A stretch of DNA of 64,000 nt from a virus. The position numbers were made by a program, and so were the translations under genes. The DNA is taken from positions 1 to 64,000 of IMG/VR virus record IMGVR_UViG_3300020711_000298; one strand, given 5' to 3'. Positions within the stretch are counted from its first letter, which is position 1, and each line of letters begins with the position of its first letter. Below the pieces are notes generated by a model. It ran no database searches and had not been told where the DNA came from. It saw nothing but the letters and a program-made list of their open reading frames with translations. This document shows positions 48,634 through 58,055 of the stretch, one piece after another.

Positions 48634-50019
48634 ATGACAACAACTACATTATCAAATTTATCTCAATATGGGACTGGATTTCAAGTAAAAGTATTATCAT
48701 CATTATTAACACATAAAGAATTTTTATTAAACATTTATGATGTGTTAAGTGAAGATTATTTTGATTCACAATCACATAAATGGATAATTAAAGAAATACT
48801 AAATTACTATACTAAATACCATACTAACCCATCAATGGAAGTATTAAAGGTAGAATTGAAAAAAATAGATAGTGAAGTATTACAAATCTCTATTAAAGAA
48901 CAACTTAAAGAAGCATATAAAGCCTCAGACGAAGATTTAAAATATGTTGAAGAAGAATTTAGTAATTTTTGTAAAAACCAACAATTAAAAAAAGCATTAT
49001 TAAATAGTGTAGATTTATTAAATGCTGGTGATTATGATTCTATTAGGGTTTTAGTTGATAATGCTTTAAAAGCAGGTCAAGATAAAAACATAGGCCATGA
49101 ATATAATAAAGATACTGAATCACGATATAGAGAAGAACATAGAGCAACAGTACCTACACCTTGGGAAGAATTTAATGAATTATTACAAGGTGGATTAGGC
49201 AATGGTGATTTTGGATTAATATTTGGTAATCCAGGTGGTGGTAAATCTTGGGTGTTAGTGGCTTTAGGAGGTGCAGCTGTAAAAGCAGGATATAATGTCT
49301 TGCATTACACATTAGAATTAGGTTCAGACTATGTTGGAAGAAGATATGACTCATTCTTTACAGGTATAGATGTTAGTAAAATCACTAAATATAAAAATAC
49401 TGTAGAAGAAGAAGTATCAAAATTATCAGGTAATTTAATTATTAGAGAATATTCACCAGGCAAAGCATCTATATCTACAATAGAGGCTCATATTAAAAAA
49501 TGTATTGATTTAGATTTCAAACCCGATTTAATTATTATCGATTATGTCGATCTATTGAGATCAAAGAAAAACAATCGTGAACGAAAGGATGAGATAGATG
49601 ATATTTATGTTAGCACTAAAGGATTAGCAAGAGAATTAAATATTCCAATATGGTCTGTATCTCAAGTTAATAGAACAGGTGCTAAGGAAGACGTAGTAGA
49701 AGGAACATCAGCCGCCGGAAGTTATGATAAAATAATGATTTCTGATGTTTGTATATCACTCTCACGTAAAAAAGAAGACAAAGTAAATGGTACCGGTAGA
49801 TTCCATATTATGAAAAACAGATATGGAGGAGATGGTATGACTTATAATGCTAAAATAAATACATCTAATGGTGAATTTGAAATATTAGGAGAATATGTTA
49901 AAGGTGAAAACGATGAAGAATCAGCATCTTCTAATAATAGAAAAATATCATTTGATCAAATAAATACTATGGATAAAAAAGCACTTAAAAATAAATTTTT
50001 TGAAATAAACCACTCTTAA
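48634..50019 (+). CDS. DnaB-like replicative helicase (gp41-like)
   Basis: GNPGGGKS, TLEL, IIDYVDLL, SQVNR, KNRYG. Confidence 0.92.
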   Translation: MTTTTLSNLSQYGTGFQVKVLSSLLTHKEFLLNIYDVLSEDYFDSQSHKWIIKEILNYYTKYHTNPSMEVLKVELKKIDSEVLQISIKEQLKEAYKASDEDLKYVEEEFSNFCKNQQLKKALLNSVDLLNAGDYDSIRVLVDNALKAGQDKNIGHEYNKDTESRYREEHRATVPTPWEEFNELLQGGLGNGDFGLIFGNPGGGKSWVLVALGGAAVKAGYNVLHYTLELGSDYVGRRYDSFFTGIDVSKITKYKNTVEEEVSKLSGNLIIREYSPGKASISTIEAHIKKCIDLDFKPDLIIIDYVDLLRSKKNNRERKDEIDDIYVSTKGLARELNIPIWSVSQVNRTGAKEDVVEGTSAAGSYDKIMISDVCISLSRKKEDKVNGTGRFHIMKNRYGGDGMTYNAKINTSNGEFEILGEYVKGENDEESASSNNRKISFDQINTMDKKALKNKFFEINHS

Positions 50020-50030
50020 TATTTAAAATT

Positions 50031-51890
50031 ATGAACATTGAACAAAGCATTCTAAGTGATATAACTGTCTACATGAAGTATGCTAAATTTTTACCTTCCG
50101 TTAACCGCAGAGAAACATGGGAAGAATTAGTAGACAGAAACAAAGGAATGCATTTAGAAAAATTCCCCAACCTAAAAAATGAAATCGAAGAAGCATATCA
50201 ATTTGTATATGATAAAAAAGTTCTTCCGTCGATGCGTTCAATACAGTTCGCAGGAAAACCCGTTAGTATTAATAATGCTCGTATATTTAACTGCTCTTAC
50301 TTGCCTATTGATGATATCGCTGCTTTTTCAGAAATAATGTTTTTATTATTATCGGGATGTGGAGTAGGATATTCAGTACAAAGACATCATGTTGAAAAAT
50401 TACCTCAAGTAAGAAAACCATTAAAATCAAAACGTTATCTAGTAGGTGATAGTATTGAAGGATGGGCGGATTCAGTTAAGGTATTAGTAAAAGCATATTT
50501 AAAAGGGGGCCCATTACCATTATTTGATTTTAGAGACATTCGTCCTAAAGGAGCTCAACTTATTACAGTAGGTGGTAAAGCACCTGGTCCAGAACCATTA
50601 AAAATCGCGCTAGTTCATGTACAAGCAATATTAGATAGAAAACAAGATGGTGAATATTTAACACCACTCGATTGCCATGATATTATCTGTCACTTAGCAG
50701 ACGCTGTATTGTCTGGTGGTATTCGTAGAGCAGCATTAATAGCATTATTCAATTTGGATGATGAAGATATGTTGACTTGTAAATTTGGAAATTGGTGGGA
50801 AGATAATCCACAACGCGGAAGAGCAAATAATACTGCGGTATTAATCAAATCTAAAATTGAAAAAGATACATTCCTTGAATTATGGAAAAAAATTGAATTA
50901 AGCAATAGTGGAGAACCAGGATTTATATTCTCAAATGATAAAGATGCTGGAACTAATCCATGTGCTGAAATTAATTTAAAACCAAACCAGTTTTGTAATC
51001 TCTGCGAAGTAAACGCTTCTACTGTTGAATCACAGGATGACCTGAATGCGCGTGTGAAAGCAGCAGCTTTCATTGGTACTTTGCAAGCATCATACACAGA
51101 TTTCCATTACCTAAGAGAAATATGGAAAAAAACAACTGAAAAAGAAGCATTATTAGGAATCGGAATGACCGGTATAGCTTCGGGTGCTGTGTTAAATTAT
51201 AGTTTAAAAGAAGCCGCTAAAATAGCTGTTGAAGAAAACGCAAGAATAGCCGAAATTATAGGTATTAATAAAGCAGCTCGTATTACAACAGTAAAACCAA
51301 GTGGTACTACATCATTAGTATTAGGTACTTCATCTGGTATCCATGCTTGGCATGATGATTTCTATTTAAGAAGAATCCGTATTGGTAAAAACGAAGCATT
51401 ATATACTCACCTTCTTATTCACCATCCAGAATTACTTGAAGATGATTTCTTTAAACCAAACATACAAGCAATTGTAACAATACCACAAAAAGCACCAGAA
51501 AACGCGATTGTACGTCCTACAGAAACAGCTATTGAATTACTAGAACGTATTAAAAAGTTCAATAAAGAATGGATAAAACCCGGACATAGACGCGGTTCTA
51601 ATATGCATAATGTATCTGCTACGGTAAACATTAAACAAAACGAATGGGAAACTGTAGGAGATTGGTTATGGGATAATAAAGAATATTTTACAGCTTTATC
51701 ATTCCTGCCGGAAGATTTGGGTACTTATGTTCAAGCTCCTTTCGAAACAATCACCGAAGAACAATTTAATGAACGTGTAACACATTTACATTCATTAGAT
51801 TTATCAAAAGTAGTTGAATTTGATGATATGACAGCTTTAATGGATCAAGCAGCTTGTGCAGGGCCTGGAGGAAGTTGCGAAATAATATAA
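50031..51890 (+). CDS. nrdJ: Class II (adenosylcobalamin-dependent) ribonucleotide reductase
   Basis: LPSMR, FNC, GCGVG, GGIRRAA, TNPCAEI, FCNL.EVN, VKPSGT, C-terminal AC.....CEI; no small-subunit gene adjacent. Confidence 0.9.
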   Translation: MNIEQSILSDITVYMKYAKFLPSVNRRETWEELVDRNKGMHLEKFPNLKNEIEEAYQFVYDKKVLPSMRSIQFAGKPVSINNARIFNCSYLPIDDIAAFSEIMFLLLSGCGVGYSVQRHHVEKLPQVRKPLKSKRYLVGDSIEGWADSVKVLVKAYLKGGPLPLFDFRDIRPKGAQLITVGGKAPGPEPLKIALVHVQAILDRKQDGEYLTPLDCHDIICHLADAVLSGGIRRAALIALFNLDDEDMLTCKFGNWWEDNPQRGRANNTAVLIKSKIEKDTFLELWKKIELSNSGEPGFIFSNDKDAGTNPCAEINLKPNQFCNLCEVNASTVESQDDLNARVKAAAFIGTLQASYTDFHYLREIWKKTTEKEALLGIGMTGIASGAVLNYSLKEAAKIAVEENARIAEIIGINKAARITTVKPSGTTSLVLGTSSGIHAWHDDFYLRRIRIGKNEALYTHLLIHHPELLEDDFFKPNIQAIVTIPQKAPENAIVRPTETAIELLERIKKFNKEWIKPGHRRGSNMHNVSATVNIKQNEWETVGDWLWDNKEYFTALSFLPEDLGTYVQAPFETITEEQFNERVTHLHSLDLSKVVEFDDMTALMDQAACAGPGGSCEII

Positions 51891-51916
51891 AATATATTTA
51901 AATATTAATAAAAGAT

Positions 51917-51938
51917 AGGGGACCTTTTAGGTCCCCTT
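51917..51938 (+). terminator. Hairpin terminator closing the replication module
   Basis: AGGGGACCT-TTT-AGGTCCCCT. Confidence 0.75.
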
Positions 51939-51947
51939 AATATTTAT
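51939..51947 (+). promoter_or_regulatory. ATATTTAT putative phage late promoter (one of about 21 copies)
   Basis: Intergenic copies start at about 139, 2470, 6913, 8188, 10214, 12153, 19864, 20616, 23491, 23980, 25737, 25822, 30213, 31632, 33437, 34034, 35087, 37806, 51939, 57727, 59601. Confidence 0.7.
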
Positions 51948-52004
51948 AGGAAAAGGTTATTCAAATTGTTTTTTATTTAACATTTTAAACATTTTTATAA
52001 CCAA

Positions 52005-53918
52005 ATGAAAAAAATTATTTTATTTATTCTAGTTGCGCTGTTGCCGTTTCTAGTTAAAAGTCAAACAATCCCCGCAGCTCCTGGTACAGGACATTATGTA
52101 ATTATTGATACTGGGTACAATGTAGGTCCAACCGCAACAGGTACAACTACTGCTACTCTTTATTTCAGAAACAGCACTACTAGTGATAAAATCACAGGTA
52201 TGCAATTTAGAATATGGTACGATAGTCTAGCATTTAATGGTGCTTCTCCAACAGTATCATTACTTTATAGTTCTGCTAACAAATATATACAATATGTTAC
52301 TGATACAACTCATGGTAGTATCACTATCACTTTAGTTTATACTGGTAGTAGTTCAACTTATAATTTAGGAGATAGCGCGGCTTTTGCTATTACTTTCACT
52401 CACAATACTAATACATCTTTATTCAATACTTTAGATAGTATAAAAACACTAAAAGTATCAGGCGCTCAAACATACACTAATTTAGCGTCTACTGTTTATG
52501 GTAATGATACTACATTAACTATTTACAGTTATGGTGGTAGATTTAATCGTCCTTTCCTTCATTATCATGGTCAATTTGTAAATGTTACCGGTACTAACAC
52601 TAGAAACATAACTGTTTCTTTAGAGAAAAAACCTAAAACAAGTGGTACTTGGGTTAATATAAGTACTCAAACAACAGGTGCTGATGGTAAATTTAATTTT
52701 ACAACTATATTAGATACTACTTATTGGGCTGCTAGATTAAATATTGAAGGTGATACAATGAATATAGGTAATATTATATCAACAGCCGATGCTCAAAAAA
52801 TAAATCGTTTTGTACTTGGATTAGACAATCCTCAAGCTTTTGATTTTTACACTTCTGATGTAAACGGAGACCATAAAATATCGATTTCAGATGAATATAC
52901 TGTTTATGGTAGAATAGCAGGTAGATTTAGTACTTGGGTAAATGGTGTTAAAGATGTTTTATTCTTTACCTCAACCGAATATAGTACTATTTCTTCAAAC
53001 CCAAATACAAATTATACAGCAACTATCTCAGGTACAACAAACGTATTATTTAATATAGTTGGTGGTAGCGTCGATTCAGTAACATATTATGTTGTGGGTG
53101 TAGGTGATGCTAATGGTACTGGATTTAAAATGGCTAAACTTACTCCAATTCAAATTATTAATCCCAACAATAACAACTATATAATAGATGAAACTGTTGA
53201 GTATTATGTAAATAATTTAAATACAATTGAAGTTAATTTACCTTCATTATCAGTAGATGCAGGTAATTTAGTAAATATACCTATTAAAGTACTTACAAAT
53301 GGCGAACAAATAGGTTCATTACAGTTAGCTTTAAAATTTGATACTACATTACTTGATTTTAAAGGTGTAATATCTGAGGAAAAAGTAGGTAATTGGATGT
53401 CATTTATAAACCCAAACAGTGGAGTAGTTGAATGGGGTGGATTTGATGCTAGTAATAATCAACATCTTTTAAATAATGAAGATCAAGTAGTAACATTACA
53501 ATTTTTAGCTAAACAACCTAAAGATAATTGGACAACTTCTCCAATATATGTTACTCGTAAATTTGCAGGTAATGCTTTAGCTACTGATTTAAATATTAAT
53601 CCTACTGATGGTAGAATTGAAGTTATGAGAATGTCTTCACCTGCTATTAATACAGATAATAATATTGCTTCTATTAATGTTTATCCTAATCCAACTAGTG
53701 GAGAAGTAGTAATTCATTTTTCTGTTCCTAAAGATGGTAATGTGACAGTTGCTTTTTATGATGTTAACGGAAAGAAAAAATACACAGTAATACAAACCAC
53801 AATGCCTAAAGGTGTTTATGCTTACAAAGCAAATATAGATGGATTAGCTAAAGGAGCATATAACGTTGTAATAACAACAAATGAATCATCAGCTTACAAT
53901 AAAACAATTTTAAACTAA
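52005..53918 (+). CDS. Secreted T9SS cargo protein: cohesin-like, prealbumin-like, dockerin-like, cohesin, T9SS type A CTD
   Basis: Signal peptide VKS/Q; DVNGDHKISISD EF-hand; VNIPIKV...SLQLALKFDTTLLDF cohesin; VYPNPT...FYDVNGK...GL.KG.Y CTD. Confidence 0.85.
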   Translation: MKKIILFILVALLPFLVKSQTIPAAPGTGHYVIIDTGYNVGPTATGTTTATLYFRNSTTSDKITGMQFRIWYDSLAFNGASPTVSLLYSSANKYIQYVTDTTHGSITITLVYTGSSSTYNLGDSAAFAITFTHNTNTSLFNTLDSIKTLKVSGAQTYTNLASTVYGNDTTLTIYSYGGRFNRPFLHYHGQFVNVTGTNTRNITVSLEKKPKTSGTWVNISTQTTGADGKFNFTTILDTTYWAARLNIEGDTMNIGNIISTADAQKINRFVLGLDNPQAFDFYTSDVNGDHKISISDEYTVYGRIAGRFSTWVNGVKDVLFFTSTEYSTISSNPNTNYTATISGTTNVLFNIVGGSVDSVTYYVVGVGDANGTGFKMAKLTPIQIINPNNNNYIIDETVEYYVNNLNTIEVNLPSLSVDAGNLVNIPIKVLTNGEQIGSLQLALKFDTTLLDFKGVISEEKVGNWMSFINPNSGVVEWGGFDASNNQHLLNNEDQVVTLQFLAKQPKDNWTTSPIYVTRKFAGNALATDLNINPTDGRIEVMRMSSPAINTDNNIASINVYPNPTSGEVVIHFSVPKDGNVTVAFYDVNGKKKYTVIQTTMPKGVYAYKANIDGLAKGAYNVVITTNESSAYNKTILN

Positions 53919-53931
53919 AACAAAACAAATT

Positions 53932-54273
53932 ATGTCAGAAGAAACAAAAACAACCGACGGGGGTTGGTCAGGTCTAAAGAAAACATTAATAGGTACACTT
54001 ACAACAGTTATCGCTGGTGCTGGTGTTTGGGTAAGTTCATTTTTGGGTGGTCATAAAGAAGAACCTAAAGCAGAACCTAAAGCCGCTACTGCTGCCCCTG
54101 CTCCAGCTGCTGCTGCTCCTGCCGCTGCTCCTGTGATTATTAATTTATCAAATAATAACACAAACCAACAAAAACAAACAGGTGGTAGTGCAACAGCCTC
54201 AGCTGCTACTAAAGAAAAACCAGTTGAGAAAAAAGAAACTAAAAAGAGCGAAACACAAGATGCTCCTTGGTAA
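53932..54273 (+). CDS. Membrane-anchored Pro/Ala-rich protein
   Basis: One N-terminal TM segment, PAAAAP linker, INLSNNNTNQQ. Confidence 0.65.
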   Translation: MSEETKTTDGGWSGLKKTLIGTLTTVIAGAGVWVSSFLGGHKEEPKAEPKAATAAPAPAAAAPAAAPVIINLSNNNTNQQKQTGGSATASAATKEKPVEKKETKKSETQDAPW

Positions 54274-54287
54274 TTAAAATTAACTCT

Positions 54288-54998
54288 ATGAAAATATTAT
54301 ATGTTATAGCTTTAATGCTGTTACCCTTTATTAGTGTTGCTCAAATCGGTTCTATTAAAACCGAACAATATCATGCCCGCTTTGAAAAAGGAATCTCATT
54401 AGATAGTGTTCTTAATTATAAGGACACTGTCAAAATTCCTATTCAATTATTAAAAGTAGGAATCAATTCAGAACTATATGAAATGTATCCTGAATTAAAA
54501 GATAAACGTGTTGGTTTGGGTGTAACAAACATTGTAATTGAATTTTTAGAAGAAACCAATCGCTTTGTATTTACTGAAGATAAATTAGAAATCAAAGAAA
54601 GAATGATTGCTGAATATAAAGCATCAGCAAAAGGTTTTACTGAAAATAAAATAGATGGTAAAGGTAAAATCAAATTAGCCAAATATTTTGTTTATATCGA
54701 AGTATATGACTTTTCAGTATCTGAAGATGAAATAGTAAAAGCTAAAGATGGATCTAAAGTTACTCAAACAACTCGTTTAGGTTTACAAATCAAGTTTGTA
54801 GATGCAGAATCAGGAGAAATAATAACTGGTAGTGATATGGGTGAGGCTTCAACTGTAAAAACATCTAATCTTTTAGGTGACATAGATGAAATTAAATTTA
54901 ATCAATCCACAATAGGTATTTCTACTAAAAAAGCACTTGAATCTGCTTCAGTAAATGTCATTTTAAAATTGATTAAAAAAGGTGTATTTAAAAACTAA
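54288..54998 (+). CDS. CsgG/HfaB-like exported protein
   Basis: Signal peptide SVA/Q; LEETNRF.F.E, AKYFV...V.DF, LQIKFVDAESGEII. Confidence 0.7.
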   Translation: MKILYVIALMLLPFISVAQIGSIKTEQYHARFEKGISLDSVLNYKDTVKIPIQLLKVGINSELYEMYPELKDKRVGLGVTNIVIEFLEETNRFVFTEDKLEIKERMIAEYKASAKGFTENKIDGKGKIKLAKYFVYIEVYDFSVSEDEIVKAKDGSKVTQTTRLGLQIKFVDAESGEIITGSDMGEASTVKTSNLLGDIDEIKFNQSTIGISTKKALESASVNVILKLIKKGVFKN

Positions 54999-56121
54999 AA
55001 TATTAATCTTATTAGTATTGTTTGGACTGACTTCTTATGGTCAGTCTTTTACATATTCCTATAAAGATCCATGTAATGGTACTTTAAAAACATTAATAAT
55101 ACCAGCAAGCCAAAATACAATATCTGTTACTTACTATAATCAAATACAAACATTTAATATAAACGATTTTTCTAATGGTGTTTTTGATAAGTGGGTATCA
55201 AATACTTACAGTCAATATAGCGTTACATCTCCTTGTAGTGGATTAGCATTTACTGCTACTACTAAACAAAACCAAGAACTTACAGCTACATTAACCGGGC
55301 TAGTAACCACTTTAACAAACCTAAACTTCCCCGATCCTAATACTCCAGACCCAGGTGAACCCGTTCCTACCCCTGATATTCCTTCAGGTAGTGGTTCTTC
55401 AGATGTATTAAGTGGTACAAGTAATAGTGTAACATCATCAAGTGGAGGTGGAAGCGATTCAAAACCATCTTCAAGTTCTAAAGACAAACCAGGAGTATTA
55501 AAACCAACAATTGTAGGTAGTTCAGATCTACTTGCTTTTAGCAATACAGATGCTTCTAAAGGTGGTAAAGTATCAGGTGGTTATACTTCTACAAGATGGG
55601 ATGGTAAAGTATCTCATGGTATAATGTTTGATTATTCAACTAATATCCAAGGTCCTAATATAACTGGATTTTATTCGTTTGCTAAAGGTAAAAGAATGAA
55701 TTTGATATCAAATACTATTTCTATTGGTTTTAGTGGGAAAGGATTATTTTATAGTACATTAGCTGCTGGTCAACTTAGAAATTATAAAAAAATAAAAATA
55801 ATAGGTTTATTAGCAGGTACGTATGGAGAAATGTATCAACAAAAACTTATAGGTACTTCTATAATAACTGGTTTGATGTATGATATGAAAGTAGGTAAAA
55901 AAATAGCAATAAAATTTACAAATTTGTTTGTATATTCTCCTTACATGCAATATTACAATGATATGTTATTAAAATCACCTTATGTTATTTTACCTTCTAT
56001 TGGTACAAATTTAAGCTTATCTAAATCATTTAAATTTAATATCAATGCAGGTGGTGCTTATCAAGTTAATAGCGGAGCTCTTAATTATACAATAACAATA
56101 GGAACAAGGTTAGCATTATGA
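54982..56121 (+). CDS. Exported protein with probable C-terminal outer-membrane beta-barrel
   Basis: GTG start; signal peptide SYG/Q; Cys pair; Pro/Ser linker; alternating amphipathic strands ending YTITIGTRLAL. Confidence 0.6.
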   Translation: MYLKTKILILLVLFGLTSYGQSFTYSYKDPCNGTLKTLIIPASQNTISVTYYNQIQTFNINDFSNGVFDKWVSNTYSQYSVTSPCSGLAFTATTKQNQELTATLTGLVTTLTNLNFPDPNTPDPGEPVPTPDIPSGSGSSDVLSGTSNSVTSSSGGGSDSKPSSSSKDKPGVLKPTIVGSSDLLAFSNTDASKGGKVSGGYTSTRWDGKVSHGIMFDYSTNIQGPNITGFYSFAKGKRMNLISNTISIGFSGKGLFYSTLAAGQLRNYKKIKIIGLLAGTYGEMYQQKLIGTSIITGLMYDMKVGKKIAIKFTNLFVYSPYMQYYNDMLLKSPYVILPSIGTNLSLSKSFKFNINAGGAYQVNSGALNYTITIGTRLAL

Positions 56122-57278
56122 TAAAATATATTTTAACTATATTATTTACCTTATTTTCTCTAGCACTACTAGGACAAACATTTACTTATTCAGGATACAT
56201 TTATAATGCTGATGGTAGTGGAGCAGGTAATGTTCCTGTTAAATTATATTCAAGAACCACCACCACCACTGTTGTAAGTAATTTAAATACAAAGATATAC
56301 TCAACACACAATGGAAACGGTAGCACAAACCAGTACAACCAGTATGCAAGTACTGTAACCGATATGGGTTACTTTTTCAACACAGGATATAGCAACACTA
56401 GGTTAAACTGGTCCGGTACTTTACCTGCTACTACCGTGTTAAATTGGGGTACCTGGACTACTCTATATTATGCAGGAGCTAGTGTACCAAATGGAGGAGA
56501 TTATTTTTCAACCGATGTTACAGCCACCTTTGTACCTAAAGAAACAGGTACATACTATTTTGGTGTTAATTCAGATGATGCTGGTGATATTTTAATAAAC
56601 GGAAGTCTAGTTGCTTCTTATTATGGTGGTCATGGTATGGGAGGATATCAAATAGGTGGTATTTCTATGACAGCCGGCACATCTTATACCTTTGAAGCAA
56701 GACAACAAGAATATGGTGGTGGTGAAGGTTTGGCTGTTGCTTGGAAAAGACCATCTCAATCAACTTATACTTTACAAACAGACGAGATAGGAACTGCTAC
56801 CACAACTACTTCTGCTTGGTCTTTATATGGGACTTACTACACAGATTCTACAGGTAAGTATACAATAAGTGTACCTACAAATTCTACCTTAAGTTGGCAA
56901 TTAGAATTTGATGCTTATACTCCCTCTACAACATTACAAATCTCAGATTTTATAGGTATAGACAATGTTATACTTAATAAAACAATATTAAATGGTTTAC
57001 ATTATTATCTATATGATTTAAATAGTACTAACAATATTACAATATCAGATTTGTATTATATAGCAGGTAAAAAAAGTGGTAGATTTTCTACTTGGGGAAA
57101 TTCATTTACCTCAAGATTATTTACTCCGTCTCAATATACTTCTATAACCTCAACAACATCAAATTTAAAATCTACTTATCCTGGTGTAACTCAAATTTTA
57201 ATATCACCAGCAACAAGTGGAGGCACTGCAAATTATTATCTAATAGCCCCAGGTTATTCTGGAAAAGTAAATTATTAA
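56118..57278 (+). CDS. Exported PA14-domain protein with dockerin-like module
   Basis: Signal peptide LLG/Q; F.PKETGTYYFGVNSDDA..I.ING, HG, QEYGGG PA14 motifs; YDLNSTNNITISD. Confidence 0.8.
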   Translation: MIKYILTILFTLFSLALLGQTFTYSGYIYNADGSGAGNVPVKLYSRTTTTTVVSNLNTKIYSTHNGNGSTNQYNQYASTVTDMGYFFNTGYSNTRLNWSGTLPATTVLNWGTWTTLYYAGASVPNGGDYFSTDVTATFVPKETGTYYFGVNSDDAGDILINGSLVASYYGGHGMGGYQIGGISMTAGTSYTFEARQQEYGGGEGLAVAWKRPSQSTYTLQTDEIGTATTTTSAWSLYGTYYTDSTGKYTISVPTNSTLSWQLEFDAYTPSTTLQISDFIGIDNVILNKTILNGLHYYLYDLNSTNNITISDLYYIAGKKSGRFSTWGNSFTSRLFTPSQYTSITSTTSNLKSTYPGVTQILISPATSGGTANYYLIAPGYSGKVNY

Positions 57279-57281
57279 AAT

Positions 57282-57728
57282 ATGAAAAAATTATTATTCG
57301 CTTTAATGTTAATTCCTACTCTATCATTTGGACAATGTGTAAGAGTTGATTCTGTTTGGTGTAACAAAAAAGTTAAACAAATAGGCACCAGAAGTGTTCT
57401 TTTAGGTGTAAAACAAATAACTGAAGAAATATTATCAGAAAAATATAAACTTTGTGATTCTAATGCAATTTCGGTTAAAATAGAAATATATAAAATAGGT
57501 ATGCCTTCAAGCAATTTTAAAATAGCAGGCGCCGGAGAAGCCAAACAAACCACACAAGTTTACACTAGAATGTATTTTGGCGATAAAGTTGTAGAAGGAT
57601 TAGGTGAATCTGAAACTAAAGCAGGTTACATACTTATTGAATTAAATGACGATAAAATACCATTTAGTAATACAACAATAGGTAATGCATTAAAGAAATC
57701 AATACTCGATGCTTCCGGAAAATTATAA
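57282..57728 (+). CDS. Small exported protein, distant paralogue of the CsgG-like protein
   Basis: Signal peptide SFG/Q; LGV.QI.EE.L and G.GE.....F...TIG.ALKK resemble 54288. Confidence 0.55.
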   Translation: MKKLLFALMLIPTLSFGQCVRVDSVWCNKKVKQIGTRSVLLGVKQITEEILSEKYKLCDSNAISVKIEIYKIGMPSSNFKIAGAGEAKQTTQVYTRMYFGDKVVEGLGESETKAGYILIELNDDKIPFSNTTIGNALKKSILDASGKL

Positions 57729-57758
57729 TATTTATAACAAACAAAAACAAAACAGATT

Positions 57759-58055
57759 ATGAACTTTAAACAATGGATTATTGATCTTTTCAAAGATGAA
57801 AGAGGATCAACATCAGTAAAACCAGTAGTGGCCGTGATTGGCACTTTATTTCTTTGCGTAACTATGACATTAAACAGTTACACACATGAAGAATTTAAAC
57901 CAGCTCCAGAATTAGTAAACGCTGTATTAGTTATAACAGCAATTGGTATGGGTGCTGATACTTTAGATAAATTCACTACAAAGAAACCAGACCCAATTAC
58001 TCCAGCTGCTCCTGCTGAAACACCAACCCCAGAAGAAACATCAACAGAAGCGTAA
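57759..58055 (+). CDS. Holin-like two-TM membrane protein
   Basis: Two hydrophobic segments; upstream of the endolysin. Confidence 0.5.
   Translation: MNFKQWIIDLFKDERGSTSVKPVVAVIGTLFLCVTMTLNSYTHEEFKPAPELVNAVLVITAIGMGADTLDKFTTKKPDPITPAAPAETPTPEETSTEA

Noticed and set aside
8641-51890. Introns or inteins in terminase, capsid, polymerase, helicase or RNR
   Set aside because: ORFs are continuous and of normal or short length; the endonucleases are free-standing.
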